A DNA stretch of 64,000 bases from Cenococcum geophilum (lineage: Eukaryota). The stretch lies in assembly GCA_050273025.1 (NCBI GenBank), contig CP158635.1:9858001-9922000 (forward strand), in the 5' to 3' direction. Within the stretch, counting starts at the first letter, position 1; every line of letters begins with the position of its first letter. Both the position numbers and the translations under genes were made by a program. Below the pieces are notes generated by a model. It had not been told where the DNA came from. It worked only from the letters and a program-made list of their open reading frames with translations, and did no database searches. Positions 13,859-27,902 of the stretch are shown in pieces.

Positions 13859-16728
13859 CTAATTAGTGAGCGCGCATAGATTAGGAAATACGCATTAGTT
13901 TAGAAGACGTCTAACACTCCACCTTATAACGGCCTTATTTTAGTTAAAGAGAGTACTAAGGACAATCTGGAAGCTTAATAGCTTACTGTCGCCTACAGAC
14001 CCTTATTACTGCTAAGAATTAAACAATACACTCTAGATTTAGAAGGATATTGCTTCCCACCTTATTAAAAGTTAAGTTTTTAACAACTTATATTAACTAC
14101 CCTTTCTCCCTCCTTACGAATACTATAAATACTCTCTCTCTATAAACACCGACACCCTCTATTAATAACCTCTTTATAACCAGATAAGATGGCTATACCT
14201 ATAGACTAGAAGGCAGAGGCAGAGCGATAGAAGAACAGAATTAATATACAAACTGTGACCAACGATGATATTACAAACTATATTTAGTTTAAGACATAGG
14301 AATACAATAATGACAACTCTGTTAACAGCGCTTTATAGGACTACTTTTAAGAAGACTTTAAAGAGTTTATTATGGATATATTCTCTTAAGCTAGCACCAA
14401 AACCCTTAAAAATCTTTTCCTCCTTCTTTATAAAGGAGGAGTATACATACGCAAGAACGATAAACGTACTAAGCTTATACAAGTTTTGGCTAATATACTA
14501 CTTAAAGAAACTTAACACAAATAGAGCTAAGAAGAATTTAATAAAGCCTATAAGGAGCAATCTAATAGCACCTTTAAGTCTAATATACTTACTAACGTAT
14601 TATACGCGGCTTAAAACACAAGACTGTATAAACCCTTATACCTTAATTAATACCTAAAAGCACACCTATAACGACTCTACTAATGTCTTAAACAACTCCG
14701 CCTCTAAGTTCACTACTTCTACTTCCGTAGGCCACGACACTTACTACCACTATACCCGTTACCACAGCACCTACTTCTATACTAGGGTATAGAAAGGAAC
14801 TAGCGAATATAGCTAAGTTATACACGGACGACTAGAAATATAGTGGTACTAGCGGAAACTTTAACTTTAAGTTAACAATCTTCTACGATATCTGTAATAG
14901 AGTAGACGTTCCACCTAATGCCTACCTTAAGGCTCTCCCACTTATGCTACAAGGCCTAGCTCTGGATCACTACTATAATACTAGACTTGCTATACTTACG
15001 TTTAAGGACGCTTATAAGTCACTTTATAGCTTCTTTAAAGGACCTAGTTCTAAACGCAAAAGCCTTAATAAATGGAATTTAACATTACTATAGATAGTTA
15101 TACAAAAGAATGCGGACAAATTAACTAGTTAATGTCTTTAGATACTGGTTACTAAACTCTCTTAACTATAGCATAGACTGAATTCAGAACTATAAGGAGT
15201 CCTATTCCTCTATAATAAGCTTATTATATCTTATTAGGGGATTCCCACATATTAAATTACTGTATTAGATCCACTAGATAAACTAGGCCCCCTTATTAAT
15301 AAACTATAATCCTTAATTACGGCTTATAAAAAGCAGAACTTAGAATAAGTTTAAGCCTATTACACAGACCGCCGATACCTTAAAAGGAGAGACAACTATA
15401 ACTAAAATCGCAATTATAATCAACCTTAATTCCCTCCTTAATACAAACCACGTTGCTTTATATATAATAAGGAGGACTATCGCTTATAGAAGTATAGTAA
15501 GGAAGAATAAGAAGAGGCGAAGGCTTAGTTTAGAAGTATTAATAAGGACAAGTTTAATAAGTTTAATAATCGCTTTACTTAACGCCTTAATTAATATATC
15601 GCCGACTATAAGGACAATAATGGTATTAACTTAGAAGAAGAGCTTAAAGAAGTCTTTTATACACTAACTATTAATATAAGTACTAAGACAGTCAACTAGA
15701 ACAATTAGTTGCATATTAATTACTTCTACACATCCTTTGGTTAAGTTAAGTAATAGGAAGCAACCCTTATAGCTACTAACCTAGCAAATAAGGCCTTTAG
15801 TCATTTAGTTATAACTATAGATAGCGTAACTCCTTTTATATAAACACCTCTTGTAACTAATAAAGACCTATTTACTTATAATATAACCACGTCCCGCTAC
15901 ACTGCAGACTACTTTCTAGGTATTATAATCAATATAAGAGCCTCTAAACGCTCTACGGCAGGATATAGTTAGTTCTTAGTATTTTAAAGACTTAATACTA
16001 ATGTATAACTTAATATAACTACGCAAGGCATAGTTAATGTATAATTCGGTATTAGATTAACCTTATTAATTAAATTAGCTAAAGTGGCTACCCCTATTAA
16101 CACAATCGAGTTTTATATTATTAAGGTTAATACCCCGTTTTTGCTTTACTTAGCAGATATAGACCACCTATAAGTATATTTTAATAACTTAAAGAACTTG
16201 CTAGTTATATCTCGCAGTACAGTACTAGTTATACGTCGTTTTGGCTACCCTTTCCTACTTTAGAATATATCCCTACGTACTTACTTAACTAAGTTATTTA
16301 AGCAAAACCCTTACTACTTAACTGATGTGGAACTGAAATGACTATATCGCCGTTTTAGCTACCCTTTAGTTGAGCGTCTTACGCGAGTACTTAAGCGCTC
16401 AGGATATAACGTTGATAGTAAGACCTTAGACCATCTTATACGCTACTGCTATTATTATTAAAAACACGGAAAATCACCCAGTAGATTTAGATTTATAATA
16501 TATAATAATGTTAATTTTAACTACTTAATCGTAGTTGACATTATATACATTAACGGCGCACCCCTTCTATATATCGTTAATAAAGGAACATAATTTTAAG
16601 CTAGCAGATAGCTATAAAGCATCAGCGCTAAATATATATGGGATATACTACGAATATACTGGATTAATATATATTTAGGACCTCCTAATATAATTATATA
16701 TAATATAGGCAAGAACTTTATAAGTAAG

Positions 16729-18761
16729 TGTCTGAATAAGGTTTTGCAATACGGTGGATACGGTTGCTTGTAACCAATTGGGTTGATCACGTGAGCTAAG
16801 CGAGCTCAGGAGGTCTATTAAATTCCACCTGTAGAAGTAGAAGAGAAGAACGAGACAAATACAATTGAACCAAAAACCCCCCCACCGTGATTCCAACACT
16901 GATCAGTGCTGCACAGATCAGCAAGGTATAACGAAGAGAGGCACTGTCTGATTCTCTAGACCTCTTGTTGAAGGCTAAGAATTAAGGTATTGCTTGCTAA
17001 GCCCAAAGGCCAGTTTGTGAGGTTACTCGCGCTTCTAACCTGCGTCTATTACGCCTTTAGAGCAACTAGTTTGTGGGTATATCCACGCTTCTAGTCTAAC
17101 TGTCGAATTAACTGCGGAACTAAAAGATGGCTACCTCCGCAACAAATACTACCGCGATAGCTACCTCCGCGATGGCTACCTCCGCGTCAAATACTAAAAA
17201 ATGGGAGACTAAAAAATAGAAGACCGGAATTAACGCGACCGCAACCGATATCAAGGAAGTCGAAGCATTCGTTAATTGGCGATTATCGATATATAAGGAG
17301 AATGGATAGAAGGGATTCGACCTATGGGAGAGCTTTATCGACGATTTTGAGTCGTTTACGAGGGATATACTTAATAATCTTGGCAAGGATCGATTGAAGA
17401 AGATCAGGGATTACCTCCGTGAAAATAGAGTATACGTACGGAAGGAGGCAAGGAAGTCAATTGCAGACGGCCTCTTAGGAGCTATTCATGAACCAACTCC
17501 CTCAAAATGGCCTACCGACGACCCTGTCGACGACCCTACCGACGACCCTACCGACGACCCTACCGACGACTCTACCGACGACCCTACCCCACCTCTACTA
17601 TCGACTGCTCCCATTCAAACTACCCCAGCTATAGACTAGCTCGCCCTACAAGGAAGCTTCGGAAGAGAGATCACCAACTTAGCTAAGCTCTACACGGACG
17701 AAGTCAAATACTCTAGTGAACAAGATAACTTTAATTTTAAGTTTAAGATCTTCTAAAACTACTGCCTCTAAGCCGGCGTCCCTAAGCAAGTGTATATTAT
17801 TGCTATTCCTACTATACTCCGCGGCCTTGCTCTTAAATACTACTTCACCTACCTTAAAGATCTTAACCTTCTCGAGAATATATGCATAGGCCTTAAATTA
17901 TACTTTAAAGGCGACAAATATAAACGCGATATCCTATCAAAATGGAATGCAATTACGCTTAAATAAGTCACTGCTTAAAAAGGACTTAATATAGGCCAAG
18001 CATTTCAGGTATTAATTGACGAGATGTGGTAACTATAACGCGGGTTAGCAAAGGACCTTTAAAATAACACGATATTCTATAATAAGCTCCTTACTGCGTG
18101 CTAAGACGTATTAGCTTGCAAACCAGCCTACTTTTAACCCGCTACTACCCTCGCCGGCCTTATTAGCGACATTAAATCCTTAATCGCGACGTACGGTAAA
18201 TAAGAACAAGAGATTAAGTTATTCTATACCGACCGACAATACTACCCCTCCGACTAACGATACTACCCCCCTAACCGTTAACACCGCAACAAGGGCAAAA
18301 AGTGCTTTGTATATAATAAATCTAAATATTGGTCTATAAACCATATAAAAGACGAAAGGGACCGAAGAATACGTTAATATGTCTCCGACTTTAAGGGCAG
18401 CAACGGTGATACTGAGGATAACGTTAAATAAGGAGATTAGGGAGCCTCTAACTTCTATCTTAATATAGAACCCTATTCTAGTTATTATAACAACCCTAAG
18501 GCAGAGGTGTTTTGGACCAAATTTTCAAGGGAACAGGAATAGAGACTATGGACTTATTTACCACTTTTCTTATTTTCTTAGTTGTTGCCAGTGTCTGAAT
18601 AAGGTTTTGCAATACGGTGGATACGGTTGCTTATAACCAATTGGGTTAATCACGTGAGCTAAGCGAGCTTAGGAGGTCTATCAAATTCCACCTATAGAAG
18701 TAGAAGAGAAGAACGAGACAAATACAATTAAACCAAAAACCCCCCCACCGTGATTCCAACA
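16729..18761 (+). mobile_element. Element F: 2033-bp non-autonomous gag-only LTR retroelement (GalEa-type), TSD GTAAG
   Basis: 170-bp LTRs at 16729-16898 and 18592-18761 differ at 6 transitions, all in CpA/TpG context. TSD GTAAG at 16724-16728 and 18762-18766. Palindrome CACTGATCAGTG at 16897-16908. gag starts at ATG 17127, with DDPT repeats and a knuckle KCFV(C)NKSK(C)WSINH at ~18300. No protease, integrase, RT or RNase H is present. Confidence 0.92.
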
Positions 18762-21186
18762 GTAAGGAATTTAAGCAGTACGCTATAACATTTAGAACAA
18801 TTACAAAAAGCGTACCCGTTAAAGCCTATAACTTAATTGGAATAATAGAACGCTATTATAGTCCCCTTCGCCGTATATACCGTATTATTACCACGGAACT
18901 ACTAGACATTAATAAAGACATAGCTCTATAAATGGCTTTTAAGGCAATTAACGATTTAGTAGGCCCTAACGGCCTTATACCCACCTTACTGGTATTTAGA
19001 GCTTACCCGTATATAGTGGAATCCGATATACCTAACCCTATAGTTATATAACAAGCTGTAGCCCTTAGGAAAGCTATAAAAGAAGTTAAGAATATTAGAG
19101 CCGAACGTTAAGTAGCAGATGCTCTTAATATGCGCAACGGCCCTAAAATAACCGCAATTTACGACCTACTACTTAACTCACTTATACTGGCATAGAGAGA
19201 AGGACCTATAGGCCAGCCTAGTTTTTAGTCAGGTCCCTATAATCTACTTAGTATTAATAATAAGACCTATACTATACAACTCCCCTATAGCCCTGTTAAC
19301 TTTTACAGTATAGTTATAAAACTATACTTATAAGAACCTAGAGATATAGAGGATATATAACCTAATAATAAAAACGAACTACCTTAGTTAATTATAGAAC
19401 TACCTTAGAAACCTTAACTAGTTAAGCGAGGACGAGGTAGACCACGTAAGTATCCTATCGCAGTTAATACTGTAAATATATCCATATACTTATAAGATAA
19501 AAATAAGACTAATAGTAAGTTTATAGCCTTACGATAAAAAGAGGTTAAAGGACTACTTAAGAAAGGAGTCTTTAAATTAGTTAATATTAAGGACGTACCT
19601 TAAGGCAACAGAGTATTTAACTCTAGATTTATTGATGAAATTAAGAATCCCGGTACTAACAAGGCCTTTAAGAAATCAAGACTAGTTATATAGGCCTATA
19701 ATAACCTAGAAAAAGACCTTATACTAACCTAATTACCTATAATTTAATAAGTTAGCCAACGCCTTATTCTCTGTATTACGGCTATAACCTAGACTAATAA
19801 TATACACCTTTACTTACAAGATATCTTATAAGCCTACGTTTAGTTAATTATAAAACTAAATTAAGACTTCTATATCCGAGCACCTCTTAAACTTAGTATA
19901 GCACTTAGAGTCTTACAAGGCACAATCCTTAAGGTCGTCAGACCTTTATACAGCATCTTAGAAGCAGGCAATTATTAGTTTAAGACCTATTATAACTACT
20001 ATACTAAGGAGTTAAATATAAACCAATTTACTTACAACCCCTACTTACTTTACCTTAATAATTCTACAAGCTTTGGAATAGTTGGCCTTCAGACTAATAA
20101 TACCCTCTTCTTAGCCAATTCGGTTTTTGCAGCTTTAGAATAAGAAAAGATTAAGAAAGCAAAGTTTCTAACTAAGGAACGCGAGTACCTTACACTAGAG
20201 CACCCAATTAAGTTTAACGAAGGCATTATTTAATAACAGGACTATATAATTATACTTATATAGGAGCGCTAATACTAGAACCTAACCCTTGTTAATATTA
20301 AGGAAGCTATTATAACAACTAGCTCCAGAGGTATTATTCGTACGGCACTCACACCTAAGGACTAATACGTCGCCCAATAAGTAAGAGGAGCTTATATTGC
20401 GTCCGTATGCCAGCCTAAAGCTTCTTTCAATTTATCCTACGCTGCCTAGGTAATTAACCCTGACAAGAAAGACACAAAACTACTTAATAAGAGAATTTAG
20501 TGGCAAATTAAAAACTTAATAAGAGGTTTAAGCTTTGTTAAACTTAATATAGAGATACTTTAACTGCTTATATTTACCAATTCCTTATTTATAAACAATA
20601 AGGACCTCTTATTACAAATTAGATATATCCTAGTACTAGCAGACTTATCAAATAAGGTAAATATCGTCCACTAGTCCTTAGTTAAGTGTAAGAGAGTCAC
20701 TAGAAGCGTACTAGCCTCCGAATTATACGCTATGGCCTATAGTTTTAACATCGGCGCTGTAATTAAGACCACAGTTAAATTATAACTCAATATTAGCCTA
20801 CCGCTTATCCTTTATACCGATTTTAAGTTAATCTACAAATGCCTTATTAAGCTAGGAATAACACAGGAGAAGAGACTTATAATTAATATTATGTACCTAC
20901 GCCAGTTATATAAAAGACGTGAAATAGCTAAAGTTAAGTAGATTAACGGAGACAGCAACCCTGCGGACGCTATAACTAAAAGTAAACCGTTATTAGCCCT
21001 TAAGCGACTTATTAATACAAACCAAATTAAGTTAGAGATGGTAGAATGGGTAGAATGTTCTACCGATAATAGCGTTAATTTAGAGGCATAGGGTAGGGAA
21101 GGAAGGGAGGAGAAGTGCGTATATAGATTTCTCGGACTACATAGTTATAGCCTACTAGTTCTTCGTATTTTCTAAAGTACTTCTAG

Positions 21187-21473
21187 TGTAGCTAGAAGCG
21201 TTGGACATATCGCGAGGACGGCTAACGCGCTAGTAGTAAGCGAACTAATAGTGCGATGGCAGAATATGGTAGAATATAGCAGGACATAGCTAATACGCTA
21301 GCGATAAGCGAGCTAATGGCGAGGTGGCAGAATATGGCAGAATATAGCAGGACGCGCCTAATATATATATGTGACGCGCGTCGTAAGTAGAAAAACAATA
21401 ATCCACTAACAATACCGCATAGTATATATCATTGTGATATATATATTCTGCACGTTGTTAAAGCATACTAACA
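21187..21473 (+). repeat. 3' LTR of element B
   Basis: TGTAGC...CTAACA; matches 13572-13858. Confidence 0.92.
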
Positions 21474-24400
21474 TTTACTGTCGGTATACTTTAATATAGT
21501 GTAATAGACATAGTATATATGCAGTGCGGTGTGTAGTTAGATTCTTAAGGTTCTAAGTATACGCCTACCTATTTCCACTACAAAGATATTAGTTCCGCTT
21601 ACCGCCCTTAATTAAGCTAATAGCGATTTTCCATACCGGGTATAGAAAATCCTAATTAGTCCGCTTAACAATAGAGCCGGTAGAATTCTACACCGCTACC
21701 CTATAGAATTCTGCCATATTCTACCTACCCGTCTTCCTCTACCATATTCTGCCTACCCGTCTTCCTATACTAGCAACTCTTTAAATGCTAGGAAACCAAT
21801 AGAACCTCTTTTATAATAATAAGTATGTTTTAATACGTAACTGCTTTTAACTTCTTTATATCAAATCTCCTTTTATATTAAATATCCTTCCGTTCCACCC
21901 ATTTTATAGCCTATAGTTCTAAATAATTAGTATTAATTAACTTCTTAAGAGCCGTAAATGCCTTGCTCTTAGTCATTAAGTTAGCAGGGTTACTATTACT
22001 ATTAATCCACTTAACTTCTGTAATCTTTTTACGCTTATATAACTAATAAAGATATATAACGTCTATTATAAGGCGTTTCTCTTATATAGTGCCTAGCTTA
22101 ACAAGATATTTGTAAAGTAATTTTAAGTTAGTATAAAGTATAAGTGGGAGTTCGATTTATAGGAGTTATTTAATAATTAACTTAATTACGGCGCCGATAT
22201 TAAATCTATAGGCCATTATATAAAGTTTTAAGGCTAGTACGCTTCTAGTAACTCTCTTACACTTAATTAATAACTAGTAAATAATATTAGCCTTATATAA
22301 CATGTCCTCCAATACCAGTACGTATCCTATTTATAATAAGAGGTCCTTATTATTAGCGAATAAGACATTAATAAAAGTAAGTAGGCGTAATATATTAATA
22401 TCTAATTTAATAAACGTAAGGCCTCTTATTAGATTGTCGATCTACAGTTATAGTTGTTTATTAAGTGCTATAACATCTTCCTTTTTAGGGTTAATTACTT
22501 AGGCGGTAAAAGAGAGATTAAAGGAAGCTTTTAGTTGATATATAGAGGTAATATATATACCCCTTACGCGTTACGCAACGTATTATTTCTTTATAATTAG
22601 TATATTACGGATAATACCTCTTAAGCTCGTGGTTGTAGCTATTTTACTAAGGTGGACTATATTTAGGTTCTTACACTAGTATTCCTAGGTTATTGTAATA
22701 TTGCCTTCCTAAGAGAGTTAAATAATACATCTGTTAAATTTAAGTGACTATTTAACCATAAGTTGCTCGCGCTCTTTTGCAAGAAAGTAAGCCTTTTTTA
22801 GATGTTGTTGCTCCGCGTCTATAAAGGTAGTATTAGCTAGAAAGAGAGTATTATTAGTTTAAAGGCCGATAATACCAAAGTAGTTAGAGATGTTGCTCTA
22901 TAAGAGGCAAGGGTCGTATATTAATAAGTTTATATTTAACTCCTTAATATAGTAATTATGGTAGGTTATAAACTAGTAATTACCTACTTCTGGAACACCG
23001 TATAAAGGCTTAATTACCTTTAGGATTAAGTTCTTTCTAATACCTAGTTAGCTTCCCAGTTTATAAGGTAGTTAGATATAAAAGTCTTAATTTAGCGTTA
23101 TAAGAGACTGGATATACGCCTAGGAGATATCTTATAGGTATAACTATATGCCGTTACCTCGTAGTATTGCTGTAATGCATAGAATAAGGCATTAGCTAGC
23201 TTGTTAAATAGTAAGTAACTAAGTTAATACGATACCCTTTTTAGGATTATTATATACTTAGATAATAAGTCTCGATTTCTTAAAGGCTTTATTAGTATTG
23301 GGGTTCTTAATCTTATCTATAAATTATAAGTTAAAGATTCTAACTCCTACGGGTACGTCCTAAGGGTTAATTATCTTAAATACACCCTTTTTAATCAGTC
23401 CTATAATTTCCTTTTAACGGGACGTCTTAAACTACTTATAGTTGCTATCCTCTTATAAGAATACGGTGATGTTAGCGGTATTAATATAAGAGGAATACTT
23501 ACGGGGTCTTCCTTTTCCTTAGTAAGGTGGTTATACTTCTCCAGTTTTAGTAAAGGACGGTTTCTATATAGAGACGGTTTCTATAGACGGTTCGTATATA
23601 CAGACAGTTTTGTTAACTTAAATATTATTAACTTAAGTGCCGTTACCTTAAATATCTTTAGCTTAAATATTTCTGGGGTCTATTAAGTATGGTTTAACAG
23701 CGGTACTATAGAACTTCGTAGGGCCGTTAGGTAAGTTAATAGCACACATTTCCCCCTTAATATTTAATAGATTATATAGTCCTACCCAGTATCTAGGTTG
23801 TCCTATATTACCTTCTCTTTAAACTAGTACTAATAAGTTAAGGGGTAGATCGTAAATTGCGGTAGTGCTAGGGCTATTATATATATTAAGTGCATCTGCA
23901 ACCTAGCGCTCTGCTTATATCTTCTTTACTTCCTCTATAGCTTTCTTAAATATAATCGCACGCTATATTACTATAGGTAAAGGTATATCAGACTCTGTTA
24001 TTTGGGGGTACGCTTTAAATACTAATAATATAGGTATTAGGCCGTCTAGTCCTATAGAGTTGTTAATTGCTTTAAAGACTATTTATAGTACCCTATCCTT
24101 ATTAATTTCTAGTATCTTAGAAGTAATAATGTGGTATATATATCGCAAGGGGCTATAGTAACGCTCTACTATACTAATTATGTTATAAGCTTCAACCGGT
24201 ACGCTCTTTATAGTAGTGCCTATATTAATCGCATATTGCTTAAACTCTCTACTAATAAAGTTCTTACCTATGTTATATATAATCACATCTAGGGGGCCTA
24301 GGTATGTGTTAATCTAGCACGCTTATAACATGTCCCATATATACTTAGCGCTAATATTTTATAACTATCTACCTGCTTAAAATTGGGTACCTTTATTAAT

Positions 24401-27400
24401 AATATAAAGTACGGGCTTGCCGTTAATATATATAATATTAACAATAATACAGTAGTTAAAATTAACGTTGTCTTTTAAGGTAAATCTAAATTTGCCTAGT
24501 GACTTTCCGTACTTTTAACAGTATAAGTAGTAGCGGGTAATATACTTAAGGGTTTTACGATTAGTATCGTTTTTATAGCTAGCGCGGTCCAATATTTTTT
24601 TTAAGTCGCTCTACTAACGAATATCTAAAGCGTCGGTGTAGGCGTCGCAATTCTATATTAGTTAAGTAGTATAGGTTTTGGTTAAAAGACTCCGTAATAA
24701 ACACGTGTAATAAAGTATTTTATAGTAGAAATAGGTATCCGAATTAGCGTACGACTAGTACAGTCTTTAAGGGGGCTATTAGGACATTCTTTAGGTTATT
24801 AAAGTACACTTATAAGTTATCTATATCTGCTAGGCAAAGCAAAAAGGGGGTATTAACTTTGGTAACGTAAAACTCTACTATACCTATTAGTGTAGCTACC
24901 TTAATAGAACCAATAGAAGATATAGAACCTATTCCGAACTATACGCTAACTGTGCCTCTTATAGACTTGTTTAACTATACTTTATTAATCTTTTAAAGTG
25001 CGAGAAACTAACTATATCCTACTATAGAACGTTTAGAGGCTCTAGTATTAATTATTATACCTATAAACTTTATAGAGGTATAGCGTAAGGTTGTATTATA
25101 CGCAAATAGGTTTATGTTAGTAGGGAATATATCTATTATAGTATTAGTAGTTATAACTACGTGGCTATATACTCTATTAGCTAGTTCTAATACTATAGCA
25201 GTCGCATTATCTAGTTTAATCTCACTATATAAAGTGTAGTATATTATAGCCTAGTTGTCTTTATTTAATAGAGTGCTAGGGTCCATATTAACTACTAAAG
25301 CATTAAATACGTTGGTGATCTCATCGTTTTCATTATTGTCCTCGTCGTCGTTGCCTTTATAGTCTATAATATATTGCTTTATTCGCTCCTAAAAGCGGTC
25401 CTTAAACTTATTTTTAAACTTAGTCTTAGACTCTTCTTACTCCTCTTTAGTATGTTTCTATAAGTAATATCCTTCCTTATTATATATAAAGCAACGTAAT
25501 TTCTGTTGGTTGCGATTATATAGGGGGTTACTGCAATTACTACAGTTATTATAGTTGTAGTTATTATCTCTTCTATAGAATCGTCGGTCCGTAAAGAAAG
25601 TTTATATCTTCTCCATATGCTCTTTCTTATATACTATAATAGACGATTAAAGTTTATTAATAAGGGCTTTAAAGTTATTTAGTAGGTTAGAGACTGTATA
25701 TCTATATACTAGTATTCCCTAGTAAGAAGTGACGATTTTATTATAAAGGAAGTCTATAGTTTATAAGGTGGGTCTAAGGCCGTACTATAGTTAGCGAAGT
25801 CTATAAATTAGTAATTAGAGATATTTGCTTATAGACTTGTCTATATTTCCTACCATTACTATTATAAGTATAATGGTATTCCACTTATCTAGGTTCTTAC
25901 GTTAAAATCCTAGTCCTTTAAAGAAATTCTAAAGGTGCTTGCAAGCTTTGGCAAATAATAGGTAAAATAGTTAGTTTATATAGAAGTGGTCTAAAGCTAA
26001 TCCTTTTAATATAGTAGGGAATGCCTTAAGGTAGGCTTCTTAGGGTACATCCGCTTAATTACAGATGTTATAGAATATTATTAATTTATAGTCGAGGCTT
26101 TTGTTTATACCACCGTATTTCTGCTTCTCTATATATATCTTAGCTGCATTTACAATTTCCTTTCTATAACTAGTTGCAGTAATAGGGCGGTTCTCCTCGT
26201 CTATAGGTTATACGTAGAGTTACTATATTATTATTACAGATTAAGGTATAATAGATAGTGTAAAGGTAAAGGTAGTTATAAGTTAAGGTATAATAGATAG
26301 TATAGAGGTAGAGGTAGTCAGTATACTAGTTAGTTAGGTTACAGTAGCTTTAGCTTGTTATTACTCCTCTAAAGTACCCTTTATTATATATACCTTAATC
26401 GATCTAAATAGCATTAGTCCATACTTATTATCGGCTAATTTAATTATCTCTCTACTCTATTTAATTTAGTCTTCTTTTTATACTATTTTGTATAAAGACT
26501 AAGGGAGCGTTTTGCCTTATTTATAGTTAATATTAACCTATACTCCTCTAATATTTAGGTAATTATATAGTTGCTAAAGCTAGTATAAGGGGACTTATAT
26601 AAAGATATCGACCATAAAGTCCTTAAAATCTCCCTAGAACGATTCCTAGAGTATTAAGTCTAGCTAGTTATATATCTCCGTGTATACGTACATCTTATAT
26701 CATACATAGTCGGTCAGCTTATCCTTAGTGACTTCTATTAGGTTAATTCTATCTTCCTATTTAGCTACTTCTTCCTTCCAGTCTTTCTCTATTCCTAATA
26801 TCTTGTATTTTATATATTATTTAAGTAGGTAAAGGTAAGGATAAGGGTGTTCGTAGGGTAAAGGTAGTGGAACGGTTGAGGTAGTTAAGGAGGCGGTTAA
26901 GGAGGCGGTTAGGTAGGATAAGGTGTTTTATATAGTAGTCCTCTAAAATAAATAGAATGAGATATCTAGTAGTCGTTATAAATACTAAACAAGTACTTCT
27001 AGGTAGTTTCTCTTCTTCTCTTTAACTAAAATAGGCTAATATAAAAGGTGGATAAGTATAACTATTTTCTAATTTGCTGTAAGGTGGACAGTATAACTGT
27101 CTTCTAAGCTATCTACGTGTTTCCTAATCTGTGCGCGCTTACTAGTCAGTATTAGTATGCTTTAACATAGTATAATAGACGTAGTATACGTGCAGTGCGG
27201 TATATAGTTAGATTCTTAAGGTTCTAATATCGGGAAAATATTCGTAGGCTGGGTTTCAAGTCGACTTTATTAAGCGCGTTTCGCGTAATTAATATGCAGT
27301 TAACCAACTTAATACATTTAAAAGTTAAATGACACGCAGTTGACTAACTTAATATATTTAAAAGTTAAATAATATATAATTAACCTATAATTAACCTATA

Positions 27401-27513
27401 ATTAACCAACTTAATATATTTAAAAGTTAAATAATATACAGTTAACCAACTTATATATTCCTTAATATATAATTAAGGTAATATAATAGATTATTTTTAA
27501 GTTATATGCTTAA

Positions 27514-27791
27514 GAGGCTCTATACAAAGCTCTATATAAAGCTTTACGACAGAGGCTCTGTATAAGGCTCTGCACGAGGCTCTATATAAGGCTCTATATA
27601 AGGCTCTATATAAAGCTCTGCGTATAGATACTCTATATAAGGCTCTACACAAAGCTCTATATATAGAGGCTCTGTATAAGGCTCTATACGAAGCTCTATA
27701 TAAAGCTCTACACGAAGCTCTACGTATAGAGGCTCTGTACGAGGCTTTACGCAAAGCTCTACGTACGGAGGCTCTACACGAAGCTCTATAT
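27514..27791. repeat. 12/15-bp minisatellite (RARGCTCTRYAY) in element G, about 22 units
   Basis: Directly visible tandem array. Confidence 0.9.
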
Positions 27792-27902
27792 CGGGTCCCC
27801 GTACATACCTCTACTAAGTTACCCCCTTTGCAGCCACCTTATTTTTTACCCTTCCTTATATCCTCCCTACCTTAGGAGGTACTGGAATAGCAGCTAGTAG
27901 AG

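Larger units (their letters stand above)
13572..21473 (+). mobile_element. Element B: RIP-inactivated GalEa-type Copia, full length, TSD TTTAC
   Basis: 287-bp LTRs at 13572-13858 and 21187-21473; TTTAC at 13567-13571 and 21474-21478. Palindrome CACTAATTAGTG at 13857-13868. The gag-pol remnant (~14189-21090) carries GLQTDDTL (~20084), VCQPxAS (~20405) and NPADAxTK (~20957). Integrase is interrupted by element F. Confidence 0.93.
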
